A DNA stretch of 23,913 nucleotides. Source: an archaeon (GTDB lineage: Archaea; Asgardarchaeota; Heimdallarchaeia; Hodarchaeales; S146-22). The stretch spans positions 1 to 23,913 of the forward strand of contig JAJRXH010000202.1 of NCBI GenBank assembly GCA_024276395.1, written 5' to 3'. The position numbers were made by a program, and so were the translations under genes. The notes under the pieces are model-generated. The model had not been told where the DNA came from, ran no database searches, and saw only the letters and a program-made list of their open reading frames with translations. Shown here piece by piece: positions 1 to 10,677 of this stretch (positions within the stretch are counted from its first letter, which is position 1; every line of letters starts with the position of its first letter).

Positions 1-3000
1 AGCAATACACGCATTCACAGATACACTTGACTTATAACTATACATTTCAAGTAATCACTCCAGCTGGACAGATACTCACCAAAACAATGCTTGTCTTCGT
101 CATTCCACACCAATGGAATCTCTATCTGACTTTAACTACACCACTAGTCGACAGAAATCCAGCTCTGAACATGACCACCATCTATAGAAATACCACCATC
201 CTTAGCTGGAACATAACGTTGATGTTAGATGGAAGCCCATTCTCTGGCAACGTGACTGTAGAACTAGACGGCACGATAATTGCAAGACTGGTCACAGACC
301 AAAACGGCAATGCTTCATTCTCTCACTGGTTTTCAGCCACGGATTCCATAAAAACTTACAATCTTACCATCTATCAAACAGAACGACCGTACGTGAAACA
401 CGTGGAATACATCAAAGTTCTCCAAGATTATAGTTTCAGCATTACTAATGGAAATATCCAAATTAATTCTTCTGTAATCGTGGTCAACGGCACCATTGCC
501 TTGCAAGTACAAATGCTCAGATATGACCCGAATGCTAGTAGTTTCACGAAATCGATAAATGCAACGTATTGGTACTACTACCAAAATGCCACTTTCACGA
601 GCACCAATATCACCATCATTACTAACGCCAATCTCACCTCACCTCTTACTTACTACCTAAACATCAGCACCCCAACCTTTAGCAATGGTACCTATACCTT
701 TTACGTGTTCGCTAACAGCTCAACTGGAATACTTATCGAGGATAATTTCACGGTCACTGTCTTTGCTGAAAACTATACACTTGAACCCAGACCCAGCATC
801 TTATCACCAATCACCATTGATTATGGGGATATTTTTACCCAAACCTTTACCTTAAAATACGAAAACGGCTCGGTTGTCCCTAACAAGATTGTTTTCTTTT
901 TCATCACGAATAAACTCAATTATAACGACATTTTCACGGCAACTACAGACTCACAAGGAAAGTTAACAGTCACGATTCCTACATCCACGCTACCTCAGGG
1001 AGGAAAATATTTCTTTCATCCATTCATCCAAAGATCCTTAAGTCAAGGAACATTTCGAACTTGGAACGGAACGGCACTCGTGTATGAATTACGGATTAGA
1101 CAGATTGTCTTACAGGCATCATTAAGCGATCTCATTACCAATAAAACCTTACCAATGACTCCTTCCCTTCCAGACATCCCACGAAACGTCACGGTTTTCC
1201 AAGTGAATTACCAAGTATCCATTACTAATTTATCATTGAACGAAGCATTTGAGACCCCCATTTTATGGATAAACGATACCACTGACACGAGATTGTCCAT
1301 TGCCATTAATTTAACCAAATCTGGATTGATCAACTCCACGATATTTAACACGTATTTAGATTCGCCATTAGGCAACCATCAACTAACTTTAGGTATCCAA
1401 GGTAGTAACGTAACTACCACCTTGCAATTTAACTTGGTAACTAAATTTAAAATCAAGTCAGCTGCTCTCAATGGAACGGCCAGTGGTTCTTTGACCATCA
1501 TTCAGGGTCAAATTCTCAATGCAACAGTTCGCGTGGTCGCCTTCAATGTAACTGCCGCAAACCAAACATATCTTGCCTCTGGCTCCACGCTAACGTTTAA
1601 TGATCTAATCAATAACAACACGCACTATACCATCACGGTTGAAGCAAATGGCACGGCCAAATTCACCATTGGATCAAATACGTTGAATGTAAGCATATTA
1701 AAAGGATATGGATCAAATAATTGGCTCATTCATCCAAGCTCATTCCCTCATGGAGTTTATAACGTTCTTCGGATGACATTCTCGTTAAAAAACCAGAATG
1801 ATTCCGTCACATCCTTTTTACTCTCATTAACCATTATCATCAAGGAACCCGTGGCGTTAAACATCACGAGCATCCCAAAAATCGTAAAATGGGGAGAATA
1901 TTGGTCCGTTAGTGGTCAAATCCACAATCTCATCACGAATCAGTCCGTTTATGATTCATCTTTCTGGCTCACTCTCCAAAGTTCGGATGGAAAGATCCAA
2001 AGTAGTGGTGTTCCTCAACTAGATGGCTCATTCAACCTAAGCGTGATAATTGACGACAACACGTCCGCCACGCGTAATTTCACCCTCATCCTAAACGTGA
2101 ATCCGACGATCTTTTCTAATCAGACTGCAATGTATCAATTTTCGGTAAATATCACCTTTGGTGCGTTACTACTTCCAGTACCTCAAACCCTCTCCGTGGT
2201 AACTGTAAAAGACACTGACTCGCAAAACATAACTTGGCAGTTACGATATACCCACAACAATTCAGTAATTTCTAACCAACTCATCACGTTACAAATCGTA
2301 CAGTTAAACAAAAATTATACCGCTCACACGGATCAAAATGGAACCGTAACCTTTACCATTCAATGGAATGTTTCTCTTGCTTATCGACAATACACGTTAA
2401 ATGCGATTTATTCTGGAAATGATAGCATTGGAATTCCTACTAGCACCAATAAATCAATAACAACCAGAGTTCAAGGACCCATCTACATCCATGGCGATTA
2501 CGTTGCTGCTTGGAACGGTAATAACTCTGCATATGTCTTGCGAGGACAAAATCTGATGCTGTGGGGTCGAATTCTTTTTGCTAATGGGACCGTCGCTCCA
2601 TTAGGAACCATTGATGTAAACATCAATGTCATATCTAATGCAACAAGTGGTAATGATCTTATTGGAATAGTCAATGGAGCGTTTAATCTTTCAATTCGAC
2701 AGTGGCATTGGACTAACTACTCTTTCCTTGGTAATCTTGTCTTGAATGTTTCCCTACAAAAACTTACAGAGAACACGTTTCCATTCTACATTGCCAACGA
2801 TACGAGACTAAGCATCCTATGCGTGACAAGCATTTCCATTACGAGCGAAATCAATGGAATTACCACCGTTCAAGAAGGAAATATCAATAAAATAGCTAAT
2901 GGAAGTCAAATTAACTTTAGAATCACGATAAGCGAGAACAATCCACGATTAGCGTTACCAATTAACAAGGCAAGCTTGCTTACTGTCAATGCAACGTGGA

Positions 3001-6000
3001 ATGCTAGTACCTTGACCATTTCACGGATCAATTCCACTTGGAACACCCAAAATATGACGGTTTCCAATCAAACAAACATTTATTACGTGCTCCAAGTTAC
3101 CGTGACGTCAACCCTCATGCAAACATGTTACTTAAATGCCACGGTCACATACACGTTCATCACCAAGAATGCACTACAATTGATTCTCCTTAATGTTCCA
3201 GATAAAATTCAACCGGGTAATGCATTATCTTTTCAAGGAGAAATCCGTTATGGGGGTGCTAATGGTGAAATCTATGACCAAAATGCTGCTGTTCGAATTC
3301 AAATCAACGATTCAAGTAATAACATCATTTTTGAAAACACTTACATCATAAGCGGTGCCAATGGACTTTCCGTGTCGGTTTCTATCAGTGCAACTCTAAA
3401 ACCTGGAACCGTTCTAACAATCAAGGGAGAAATTGACCCTAAATCATTACCGTCAAGGTCAAACCTTGCCATCCAACCCACTCCCTTAGAATACGTGACA
3501 GTTGTTCAAAATCCCAATAGCATCACGATGAACATTCTAACAGCTGCCGTAACGACAAACGGTGGCATCAAGTATTATTATGAAAATACAACTCTAAATC
3601 TTAGCTTTTCTGTGACCTTCCCCTATTACACCATCAGCAATTTCAATGAAACCGACTGGGACTTCACTCTCAGCGTGACGGACGTGATGACAAGCATCAA
3701 CTTATATTCATCGACTCCATTTCACAATCTGAGTTTTCTTTACACGCCACCACCAGATAATGGCTACCTGAACATCACGTTAACAGTAAATTTTGCATAT
3801 GGTGCCACATCAACATCCTTCCAAGTCTTCATACTAGTAAAAATCATCACTAGTGCTACATTCGATCTTGTTAGCGTCTTTGATGCAACAGGCATCACGA
3901 AATTAGCAAAACAAGAAAATGCAGTAATCACGCGGAGAGATGCTGGAAATACCATTACCGTAACGCTAAGAACAAGTGATGATTTACTAAATGAATCACT
4001 ATCCACAGTTCCACTCAATTCAACGCCAATGCTTAGCCCAATCACCAACGAACTTACCTTAGGAAGTCTACCAGTTACTACTAACGCGGATGGCACGTTC
4101 TCGTTCAGCATCACGATAAATGCTAATACACCCTTGAACAATTATACCATCACCGTGGCTCTAAGTCATCAAAATTTCACGTTTACCTTTATCTTGGTCA
4201 TTAGGGCCGATATAGAGCTAAATGTCTCCCTCGGGAACAATCATGGTGAATTTTATCTAGATAGAAACAAATTGTACGTGAATATCAGTATCTTAGAACA
4301 ATCATTAGCCGTTGGAAACGTAACCGCTTACCTCGAACAGGGTTCGTGGAACTTGCAGTTAAAATTCTATCTAAATGGTCAAGAGATCATCAAAGACCGA
4401 ACATTAAGATCTAATGGTGATCTCTTTCCAGAATTATACGTGTATGACCTTTCCGTCCTTTCTCCTTCCCAAACAAGCGGCACGCTATCGGTGGAAGTGA
4501 ACCTTCTATGGGATCGTAGTCTGAATCGAAGCCTCAGCATGACACGAGAAATCATCGTCATCAAGGATGTCAACGCAACCTTATTATCCATGTCGCCAAT
4601 CACTAATGCAAAACTGTTAAATGACAATACCATTGCCATTAAACGCGCTGATAATCAGTATCTAATCTTAAATTTCCTAGCTAGCATCGCTGGAGCAACT
4701 CCAACAACTGGATTAAATAACATCAACATCACGATCAAATACCAAAATGTGCCAAAAGTTATTGATTTTAACACTTATCATCGAAATACTGACGTTGATG
4801 GAAAATTTAGCATCTCCATCCTCATGGATCGTACCGTTTCGCTTGGTAACCGATCATTAATCATTTATTGGCAATTAAATGCGACGCAAGCCCTTTTACT
4901 CTTCAACTATACCATCATGGTACAAAGTGATGTCTTCTACCAGTTTACTATCTTGCAAACAACTTTCTTGGAGACACAAATGGATGGCGAAGATTTACCA
5001 TCCACTGAGCTTGCACTCGTTATCCCCTATTCTGGAACGGATTCTTTGAACCTGTCGGAAACCCCATACATCAGATTTTTCTTGAGCACTACAGATGACA
5101 ATGGTTCAATCCTTACCACGAATCAAGGATATGGACGCTATCAGTTCACCATAACCTGGGAATTCACGAATGGAACAGCACCAATTTCCTATGAGATTGG
5201 CACTCTAATCACGGTTACCAACAATGGAGAATACATTCTAAAAATCAACGATCCTTTCCCAAGATCATCCGCAATCATTAAAATTAACGTTACTTTCATC
5301 CCAAGCAACGATTATCTGGGAATTTTATTGCCAAAAACCATTGAAATTACACGAATAACTTATTATGGCCAGTTAAAACTCACTTATCTAGGACGAACCG
5401 CTGCACCATTCGATCCCGCTGATTCTCCGATAAACGATTCAAACATGCAAATTGAGGCATTAGAACCTGTAATTTTCTGGTTCCAAGTGAGTGACCTAGG
5501 ATTTGGTAACCAGTCTCTTCCAGCCGATGTCATCTCTCCAGATTTTTTCCTTAACATCACTATTATAGACGGACAAACTGGACAAATCACGTATCAACGC
5601 CGAATAAAAGATTCATATCTAGATAACTCCATTAATGGGAAATTTTACTTAGATTACAGTGAAAGTGCCAGTGGAACCAGATTTCTGCTAGCGAACGTCA
5701 TTTATAATTTCACTGACAGAGGAAGCATTCATTCAATTTCCTCTACTTTCTTGAACATTAGTTTTACTCTCAAGCCAGCAAGCATTAACATTCTCAACGT
5801 GTTCACGGATGTGCAAACACAACAAGAAATTACCGTGGTCATCATGGGTAATACAGTGAACATCACTGCTTATGTATCACCATTAGATAAGTTCGCACAA
5901 CCCATTTCCTTCCCCATCGTATCTTCACCAGGTTCAGTTATTTTTCAATTTAACAGCACGGTTATTATTAGTAATTCACACGTTACCAGTGCCGCTGCTA

Positions 6001-8069
6001 CATCGATCAAGAAAATCTCCGCCGCCACGTATGCTTTCTCCCTTGTCGTTACCATTGAGAATCAAAGCGCACCTTACACACTAACCATAACCTCGGTCTT
6101 CAAGGTTTCAAAGGAGTTAGCATCCTATGGATTCAAGAACAAGACCAGCGATGCTACTTATTTATCAGTGTACAAGGAGCCAGAAATCAGTATTGGTAGT
6201 TCGTTCATCCTTCAGAAGCTTTCATTCATCTCAACTCAGACTTCAACACGTGGAAATTCTAACACGGTACGAGATACGAAAGATGATAACCTACAATTAC
6301 AAGCATCAGAGACCGTATTAACATCGAAATATGGAGAAGATTACACACTTTCTGGCTTGATTGCTGACAATGGTAATCCATTATCAGGATTTAGAATTGA
6401 AATTACCATTACGAATGCATCTGGACACATCATTCTGAAGAAAGTTACCTATTCAGACAACAACGGCATCTTTCAAGTCGATTTTCTGGTCACCAGAGAT
6501 GCATTCACGACTGAAGGTAATTATACCTTGACAATTAGATTAACTGATTTTGTTAGACCTCCAACGCTTACCGGAATCTTCCAAGTTTTCATTCCTACTT
6601 ACATTGATGTGTATTATACACCTGAATTCGTGACCAATGGTGATGTAGTGACAATTGTAGGGTATCTTAAAGATGACCTAGGAAATAACATCACCTCCTT
6701 GATTCAGCCTGGCGGCATGAGTCTTACAGGCGAGGGTACCATTGACATCAATAACGGACGTTTCATTTACCATTATCATATGCCCACGGAAAGTGCTGAC
6801 AACCAAGTGTTATCTTTCATCTTCAATGGTAACTTGGCTCTTTTCTTGGAGAAAAGCTCACTTGATCTCCCACTTAAAAAACTAACAAATCCAAAAATCG
6901 ATACCGTTTATGGTCCAATATCAATGGTTATCGGACAATCTTCTCAAATAAACGTGCAGATCTCTACTTACGTGCTCGACACCACGACAACTGCATTAAC
7001 TCAGAAAATTTTCTTGAGAAATAGGCCCGTGCAATTACTTCTTGAGAACTATACGCTCTGGCAAGGTCTCCTCAACGGAAGTGAATTCAGCTTGACCATC
7101 ATAATTACCTATCAAGGTGAACATGACTACCTCATAAAAGTCAATGGAGGTAATGTCACCAAATACACGTTGATACCGATAAACGGATCTAAATCTGAAT
7201 TTCAACCAATTGAATTCGTTTTGCGACTGTTAACAACGGAAGGTAATCCCATAAGCAAATTTACCAGAACCATTTCCATTGCACCCATCACTCTGTCAAT
7301 TGACGTCATTCCTTTACCAGCTAATCAACACGACACCTTCCCAACAATTGGTGCCGTGACTTTCACCTCTTTCATTCTGATGGTCCTATCATTCGTCAGT
7401 GCATTGACTTTAACAGTAGAGCCTTGGATTCGTCAACAATTAAAGCTTAGAAGACAGAAGAAACCCGTTTCAGAGCTCAAGAAAGAACTATCTGACCTCT
7501 TAGATAACCTAGTAGTTAGCGATTCAGAGACGGAAGATGAAGAAGGCGCTGATATCACCTCCTTACTTGAATGGGCAATCGAGGAAGAGCAGAAAGAAGC
7601 AACAATGGAAGGAATGGAATCATTAGAAGATTTCTCCTTCGAACTACCACCTATCTTCCAAGAATTACTAGATCTTCTGAAACTCAAGCAATATAAGGAA
7701 TTAGTTGCAAAAATATTAGATGAATCTTTACAATTGATGAGAGAACGTTATAACATCTATCGTCTCTCTGAAACAGAAACCATTCGAGAATGGGAGAAAC
7801 GAGCACTTAACACCCCCATTGGGCAGCAAAAGAGAACTCATGTTGCCCTCTTGTATGATGTTCTTTCCATTGGCAACTATTGGCCGCACCATAAGTGGAA
7901 TCGAACTGATGCAATCGATATTTTCCGAGCCTTTGTTACACTCTACCCAGACCTAGTAGATATACACTCTCTTCCAGAAGAACAAAGACATGGAATTTCC
8001 ATAATTGCCCGCGTAATCTTGAAAATGGGAAAAATTTCACAAAAAGATGAATTTGAGGAATATCTATGA
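1..8069 (+). CDS. Giant cell-surface beta-sandwich-repeat protein (more than 2,680 aa, 5'-partial), sequon-saturated ectodomain, one C-terminal TM helix, 216-aa cytoplasmic tail with DUF4129-like region
   Basis: The frame is open from the window edge: there is no stop between nt 3 and the TTG at 27, so the true N-terminus lies upstream. It ends at TGA 8067-8069. T(D/N)xxGxxxF strand motifs recur (VTDQNGNASF ~nt 291, TTDSQGKLTV ~943, HTDQNGTVTF ~2327, TTNADGTFSF ~4078, NTDVDGKFSI ~4787, YSDNNGIFQV ~6452), as in transthyretin/CarboxypepD_reg-like or Ig-like domains. I hand-counted 19 N-x-S/T sequons in the first ~250 aa versus 1 (NRT) in the last 216 aa. The hydrophobic helix IGAVTFTSFILMVLSFVSALTLTV (nt 7347-7418) is followed by a basic RRQKK stretch. 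The tail has an acidic stretch and RERYNIYRLSETETIREWEKRAL, which resembles the DUF4129 core. Confidence 0.9.
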   Translation, partial: QYTHSQIHLTYNYTFQVITPAGQILTKTMLVFVIPHQWNLYLTLTTPLVDRNPALNMTTIYRNTTILSWNITLMLDGSPFSGNVTVELDGTIIARLVTDQNGNASFSHWFSATDSIKTYNLTIYQTERPYVKHVEYIKVLQDYSFSITNGNIQINSSVIVVNGTIALQVQMLRYDPNASSFTKSINATYWYYYQNATFTSTNITIITNANLTSPLTYYLNISTPTFSNGTYTFYVFANSSTGILIEDNFTVTVFAENYTLEPRPSILSPITIDYGDIFTQTFTLKYENGSVVPNKIVFFFITNKLNYNDIFTATTDSQGKLTVTIPTSTLPQGGKYFFHPFIQRSLSQGTFRTWNGTALVYELRIRQIVLQASLSDLITNKTLPMTPSLPDIPRNVTVFQVNYQVSITNLSLNEAFETPILWINDTTDTRLSIAINLTKSGLINSTIFNTYLDSPLGNHQLTLGIQGSNVTTTLQFNLVTKFKIKSAALNGTASGSLTIIQGQILNATVRVVAFNVTAANQTYLASGSTLTFNDLINNNTHYTITVEANGTAKFTIGSNTLNVSILKGYGSNNWLIHPSSFPHGVYNVLRMTFSLKNQNDSVTSFLLSLTIIIKEPVALNITSIPKIVKWGEYWSVSGQIHNLITNQSVYDSSFWLTLQSSDGKIQSSGVPQLDGSFNLSVIIDDNTSATRNFTLILNVNPTIFSNQTAMYQFSVNITFGALLLPVPQTLSVVTVKDTDSQNITWQLRYTHNNSVISNQLITLQIVQLNKNYTAHTDQNGTVTFTIQWNVSLAYRQYTLNAIYSGNDSIGIPTSTNKSITTRVQGPIYIHGDYVAAWNGNNSAYVLRGQNLMLWGRILFANGTVAPLGTIDVNINVISNATSGNDLIGIVNGAFNLSIRQWHWTNYSFLGNLVLNVSLQKLTENTFPFYIANDTRLSILCVTSISITSEINGITTVQEGNINKIANGSQINFRITISENNPRLALPINKASLLTVNATWNASTLTISRINSTWNTQNMTVSNQTNIYYVLQVTVTSTLMQTCYLNATVTYTFITKNALQLILLNVPDKIQPGNALSFQGEIRYGGANGEIYDQNAAVRIQINDSSNNIIFENTYIISGANGLSVSVSISATLKPGTVLTIKGEIDPKSLPSRSNLAIQPTPLEYVTVVQNPNSITMNILTAAVTTNGGIKYYYENTTLNLSFSVTFPYYTISNFNETDWDFTLSVTDVMTSINLYSSTPFHNLSFLYTPPPDNGYLNITLTVNFAYGATSTSFQVFILVKIITSATFDLVSVFDATGITKLAKQENAVITRRDAGNTITVTLRTSDDLLNESLSTVPLNSTPMLSPITNELTLGSLPVTTNADGTFSFSITINANTPLNNYTITVALSHQNFTFTFILVIRADIELNVSLGNNHGEFYLDRNKLYVNISILEQSLAVGNVTAYLEQGSWNLQLKFYLNGQEIIKDRTLRSNGDLFPELYVYDLSVLSPSQTSGTLSVEVNLLWDRSLNRSLSMTREIIVIKDVNATLLSMSPITNAKLLNDNTIAIKRADNQYLILNFLASIAGATPTTGLNNINITIKYQNVPKVIDFNTYHRNTDVDGKFSISILMDRTVSLGNRSLIIYWQLNATQALLLFNYTIMVQSDVFYQFTILQTTFLETQMDGEDLPSTELALVIPYSGTDSLNLSETPYIRFFLSTTDDNGSILTTNQGYGRYQFTITWEFTNGTAPISYEIGTLITVTNNGEYILKINDPFPRSSAIIKINVTFIPSNDYLGILLPKTIEITRITYYGQLKLTYLGRTAAPFDPADSPINDSNMQIEALEPVIFWFQVSDLGFGNQSLPADVISPDFFLNITIIDGQTGQITYQRRIKDSYLDNSINGKFYLDYSESASGTRFLLANVIYNFTDRGSIHSISSTFLNISFTLKPASINILNVFTDVQTQQEITVVIMGNTVNITAYVSPLDKFAQPISFPIVSSPGSVIFQFNSTVIISNSHVTSAAATSIKKISAATYAFSLVVTIENQSAPYTLTITSVFKVSKELASYGFKNKTSDATYLSVYKEPEISIGSSFILQKLSFISTQTSTRGNSNTVRDTKDDNLQLQASETVLTSKYGEDYTLSGLIADNGNPLSGFRIEITITNASGHIILKKVTYSDNNGIFQVDFLVTRDAFTTEGNYTLTIRLTDFVRPPTLTGIFQVFIPTYIDVYYTPEFVTNGDVVTIVGYLKDDLGNNITSLIQPGGMSLTGEGTIDINNGRFIYHYHMPTESADNQVLSFIFNGNLALFLEKSSLDLPLKKLTNPKIDTVYGPISMVIGQSSQINVQISTYVLDTTTTALTQKIFLRNRPVQLLLENYTLWQGLLNGSEFSLTIIITYQGEHDYLIKVNGGNVTKYTLIPINGSKSEFQPIEFVLRLLTTEGNPISKFTRTISIAPITLSIDVIPLPANQHDTFPTIGAVTFTSFILMVLSFVSALTLTVEPWIRQQLKLRRQKKPVSELKKELSDLLDNLVVSDSETEDEEGADITSLLEWAIEEEQKEATMEGMESLEDFSFELPPIFQELLDLLKLKQYKELVAKILDESLQLMRERYNIYRLSETETIREWEKRALNTPIGQQKRTHVALLYDVLSIGNYWPHHKWNRTDAIDIFRAFVTLYPDLVDIHSLPEEQRHGISIIARVILKMGKISQKDEFEEYL

Positions 8070-9550
8070 GCGTGACACAAGAAAACTTGATCAAAACTGG
8101 CAAGATTGTCCAACATAAATTTCAACAAGTTATCAAAGGGGTTAGTCACTGGTTTGGAGCAAAAAGACTAACTTTAAAGTTCGCAATATTCATTTTACCT
8201 CTCATTTTAGTATTTGCCATCATAATCACGCCTTTTCCCAGTGGATCCACCTTGAATAACGGATGGGATGGCATCAGTCAAGTAGCAAAACACGTAAAAC
8301 AAAATGGTTATGAAATTGCACGGATTTACAATACTCCGATGGAACTGTCAACGTATAAAACTCCTGGAATCCTTATCATTCAACATATTGCGCGTTCATA
8401 TACCACTGACGAAATTCAACATCTCTTTCAATTAGTTCAAAATGGATGGAGCTTATTCATTGCAGAGGAAATCAATAGCGAAATCACTCGGGCCTTTAAC
8501 ATTGGTATTGAAGCATTCATGATTCGAGAAGAAAGTGCATTCGTCGATGACCCGATACAACCGTTACTAATACCTACGACTCAGATGAATCTCTCACAAT
8601 CAGTAAAAATCTTCTTATCTGGAGTTCGTCCCCTAATCTTATCAGATTTTCCGTGGCACTACGAACCAATCATCGCATCTACCGATCAGAGTTGGATTGA
8701 CATTGACCAAAATGGCGAATATGACCCAGAAATAGATGAAAGCGGTCCGTTCAACATTGGAATCCGTTTCAGCATTGGGCAAGGAAGAATCGTGTTTCTA
8801 AGTGACTTTACATGGCTTCAGAATCAAGTATTCTTTCAATTCGATAATGCACTGTTTTTTGATAAACTCATTTCTTGGCTGGGTGAGGCGATAACCAACA
8901 CGCTTGGAACCAAGCCAATCATCTATTTTGACGAATCGCACTTGAGTTGGACTACTCTCAAGCCTCAAACCATTCTCCATGCAATCTCACAGGCACAGTC
9001 ACTCATCCTTCAGAACCCACTCATGATAATAATCTACTTTGTTTTGATTGCACCTCTCATTTTCTATCAGTTCTCAACACTCGTTGATCGTTACATCGAA
9101 TTAAAAGCAAAGTTGCTGAAGGAGGTCAAAGGTGAGTCAACTTTCCATCAAAAAAGAGAAGAACTCAGAATGGCCATTCAGAATCCAGTAACCTTATTCG
9201 AGATAGTTTATTACAAAATTCTACTCAAATGGCTCAGTATGGACCCCTACTTCAATTTTAATTGGCTCCTTAGTGATCCAGCTCTAGAACGAGTGGAAAC
9301 ATTGATGTTTCTCGATCAATATCTAACACGGCTGTATGAGACAAGCAAGGAGGAATTCGAGAAGAATCCTGAGATTACTATTAGAAATCTTCAAGAATTG
9401 AAGAAGAAGACGCATAACCTTTTCAAATTTGCTTATAGACACGAAACAATAGGAAAAAATGCCGCTTCGATATCTGAATATGAAAACTCAAGTAAGTTCT
9501 GTTATCAACTTGCAATATTAGTTAGCAAGGAAAAGACAAACCTTTTATAA
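8066..9550 (+). CDS. DUF4350-like membrane protein (N-terminal TM, globular domain, second TM, helical cytoplasmic tail)
   Basis: The ATG overlaps the upstream stop (ATGA, nt 8066-8069). TM segments are FAIFILPLILVFAIIITPF and LMIIIYFVLIAPLIFYQF. The stretches GILIIQHIARSY...NGWSLFIAEE and GQGRIVFLSDFTWLQNQ resemble the DUF4350/GldG-type fold. A position immediately upstream of MoxR/DUF58 is typical for this family. The family call comes from memory of motifs only. Confidence 0.6.
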   Translation: MSVTQENLIKTGKIVQHKFQQVIKGVSHWFGAKRLTLKFAIFILPLILVFAIIITPFPSGSTLNNGWDGISQVAKHVKQNGYEIARIYNTPMELSTYKTPGILIIQHIARSYTTDEIQHLFQLVQNGWSLFIAEEINSEITRAFNIGIEAFMIREESAFVDDPIQPLLIPTTQMNLSQSVKIFLSGVRPLILSDFPWHYEPIIASTDQSWIDIDQNGEYDPEIDESGPFNIGIRFSIGQGRIVFLSDFTWLQNQVFFQFDNALFFDKLISWLGEAITNTLGTKPIIYFDESHLSWTTLKPQTILHAISQAQSLILQNPLMIIIYFVLIAPLIFYQFSTLVDRYIELKAKLLKEVKGESTFHQKREELRMAIQNPVTLFEIVYYKILLKWLSMDPYFNFNWLLSDPALERVETLMFLDQYLTRLYETSKEEFEKNPEITIRNLQELKKKTHNLFKFAYRHETIGKNAASISEYENSSKFCYQLAILVSKEKTNLL

Positions 9551-9619
9551 AAGGGATGTGGCTTTGCATCCGAAGTATGATCATGACGTGAAAAACAAAT
9601 TGAAAGAAGGTGTAAAAGA

Positions 9620-10633
9620 ATGAAAGAAGACGATCATTCCGTCGAAAATTTTGCACGATATGTCCAGGGGTTTTCTACCGAGATTTTAGGAGAAGTATCC
9701 AAAATCATTGTAGGAAAAAATGACATTCTTGAATTACTATTGGTCGCACTACTGGCTAACGGACACGTGCTTCTCGAAGGAGTACCTGGCGTAGCAAAAA
9801 CATTCATGGCACGGACGTTTGCTGGAGTCATGGGATTAGATTTCAAGCGAGTTCAGTTTACCCCAGATCTTCTTCCTAGCGACATCGTCGGTTCCATGAT
9901 TTATAATCAGAAAGAAGGAAAGTTTCAATTCAATCCCGGACCCATTTTTACAAACATCCTACTTGCTGATGAAATCAACAGAGCCCCTCCAAAGACGCAA
10001 TCTGCCCTCTTAGAAGCCATGGCTGAAAGAAGTGTTTCCGTAGAAGGTATCACGCACAAGCTTGACCGCCCGTTCACTGTATTTGCCACACAAAACCCTG
10101 TTGAACAGGAAGGAACTTACATCCTCCCAGAAGCACAATTAGATCGGTTCTTATTCAAGTTAAATGTCACGTACCCAGAAAAGACCGAAGATATTGAAAT
10201 TCTCAATCGCAAGCTAGGATTAAAGGACATTGATGAAATTAAAGTCGATGTCAAAGCTAATAAGGAACAAATCCGCGAAATACAAGATAACATCATCAAC
10301 ATTTATGTGGATCAAAGCATTCTTGAATACATTGCAGAACTTGTCAACAAGGCACGAAAGCATCCATACGTACAATTCGGTGCCTCACCACGCGCTTCCA
10401 TTGCGTTGATGATAGCAAGCCGTCCCCTCGCAGCAATGAAGGGAAGAGCTTACGTGGAACCCGATGACATCAAGGCTCTCTACAAGCCGATTCTCAATCA
10501 TCGTCTCGCCTTAACTCCAGAAGCTGAACTGGCCGGTTATACCTCAGAACAAATTCTAGATGAAATCATCAAAACTACGGAAGTACCCTATTTCGATCCA
10601 AATGAATTACCGGCATTACAACAAGCAGCCTGA
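9620..10633 (+). CDS. moxR: MoxR-family AAA+ ATPase (AAA_3 type)
   Basis: Walker A is GVPGVAKT (nt 9779-9802) and Walker B is ILLADEINRAPPKTQSALLEAM. Sensor-1 is VFATQNP, the ASPRAS arginine region is present, and the 337-aa length is typical. An AAGGTG Shine-Dalgarno sits about 7 nt upstream of the ATG. Confidence 0.93.
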   Translation: MKEDDHSVENFARYVQGFSTEILGEVSKIIVGKNDILELLLVALLANGHVLLEGVPGVAKTFMARTFAGVMGLDFKRVQFTPDLLPSDIVGSMIYNQKEGKFQFNPGPIFTNILLADEINRAPPKTQSALLEAMAERSVSVEGITHKLDRPFTVFATQNPVEQEGTYILPEAQLDRFLFKLNVTYPEKTEDIEILNRKLGLKDIDEIKVDVKANKEQIREIQDNIINIYVDQSILEYIAELVNKARKHPYVQFGASPRASIALMIASRPLAAMKGRAYVEPDDIKALYKPILNHRLALTPEAELAGYTSEQILDEIIKTTEVPYFDPNELPALQQAA

Positions 10634-10677
10634 ACAAAAACCAATGAGAATACCTGAAAGAGTGATTTCTAACCGAA

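Noticed and set aside
333-7687. Short ORFs inside or antisense to the giant gene (333-584, 3764-4141, 4379-4639, 5384-5590, 6127-6321, 7433-7687)
   Set aside because: All are fully nested in a continuous 8-kb ORF with clear domain repeats. Their translations are low-complexity (Ser/Arg/Val-rich mirror-frame products) with no start context, so they are typical shadow ORFs.
7944-7955. YPDL in the cytoplasmic tail of the giant protein, matching the YPxL late-domain (ALIX/Bro1-binding) pattern, which is tempting given the nearby ESCRT-II-like gene
   Set aside because: A four-residue motif is expected by chance in a protein of this size. I saw no Bro1-like gene in the window, and it sits inside the putatively folded DUF4129-like region rather than a disordered tail.
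9554-9571. Small hairpin GGATG(U)-N6-(G)CATCC in the gap between the DUF4350-like gene and moxR, considered as a possible terminator or attenuator
   Set aside because: It has only 5 Watson-Crick pairs plus one wobble and no following T-tract. It lies inside an apparent operon and is indistinguishable from chance.
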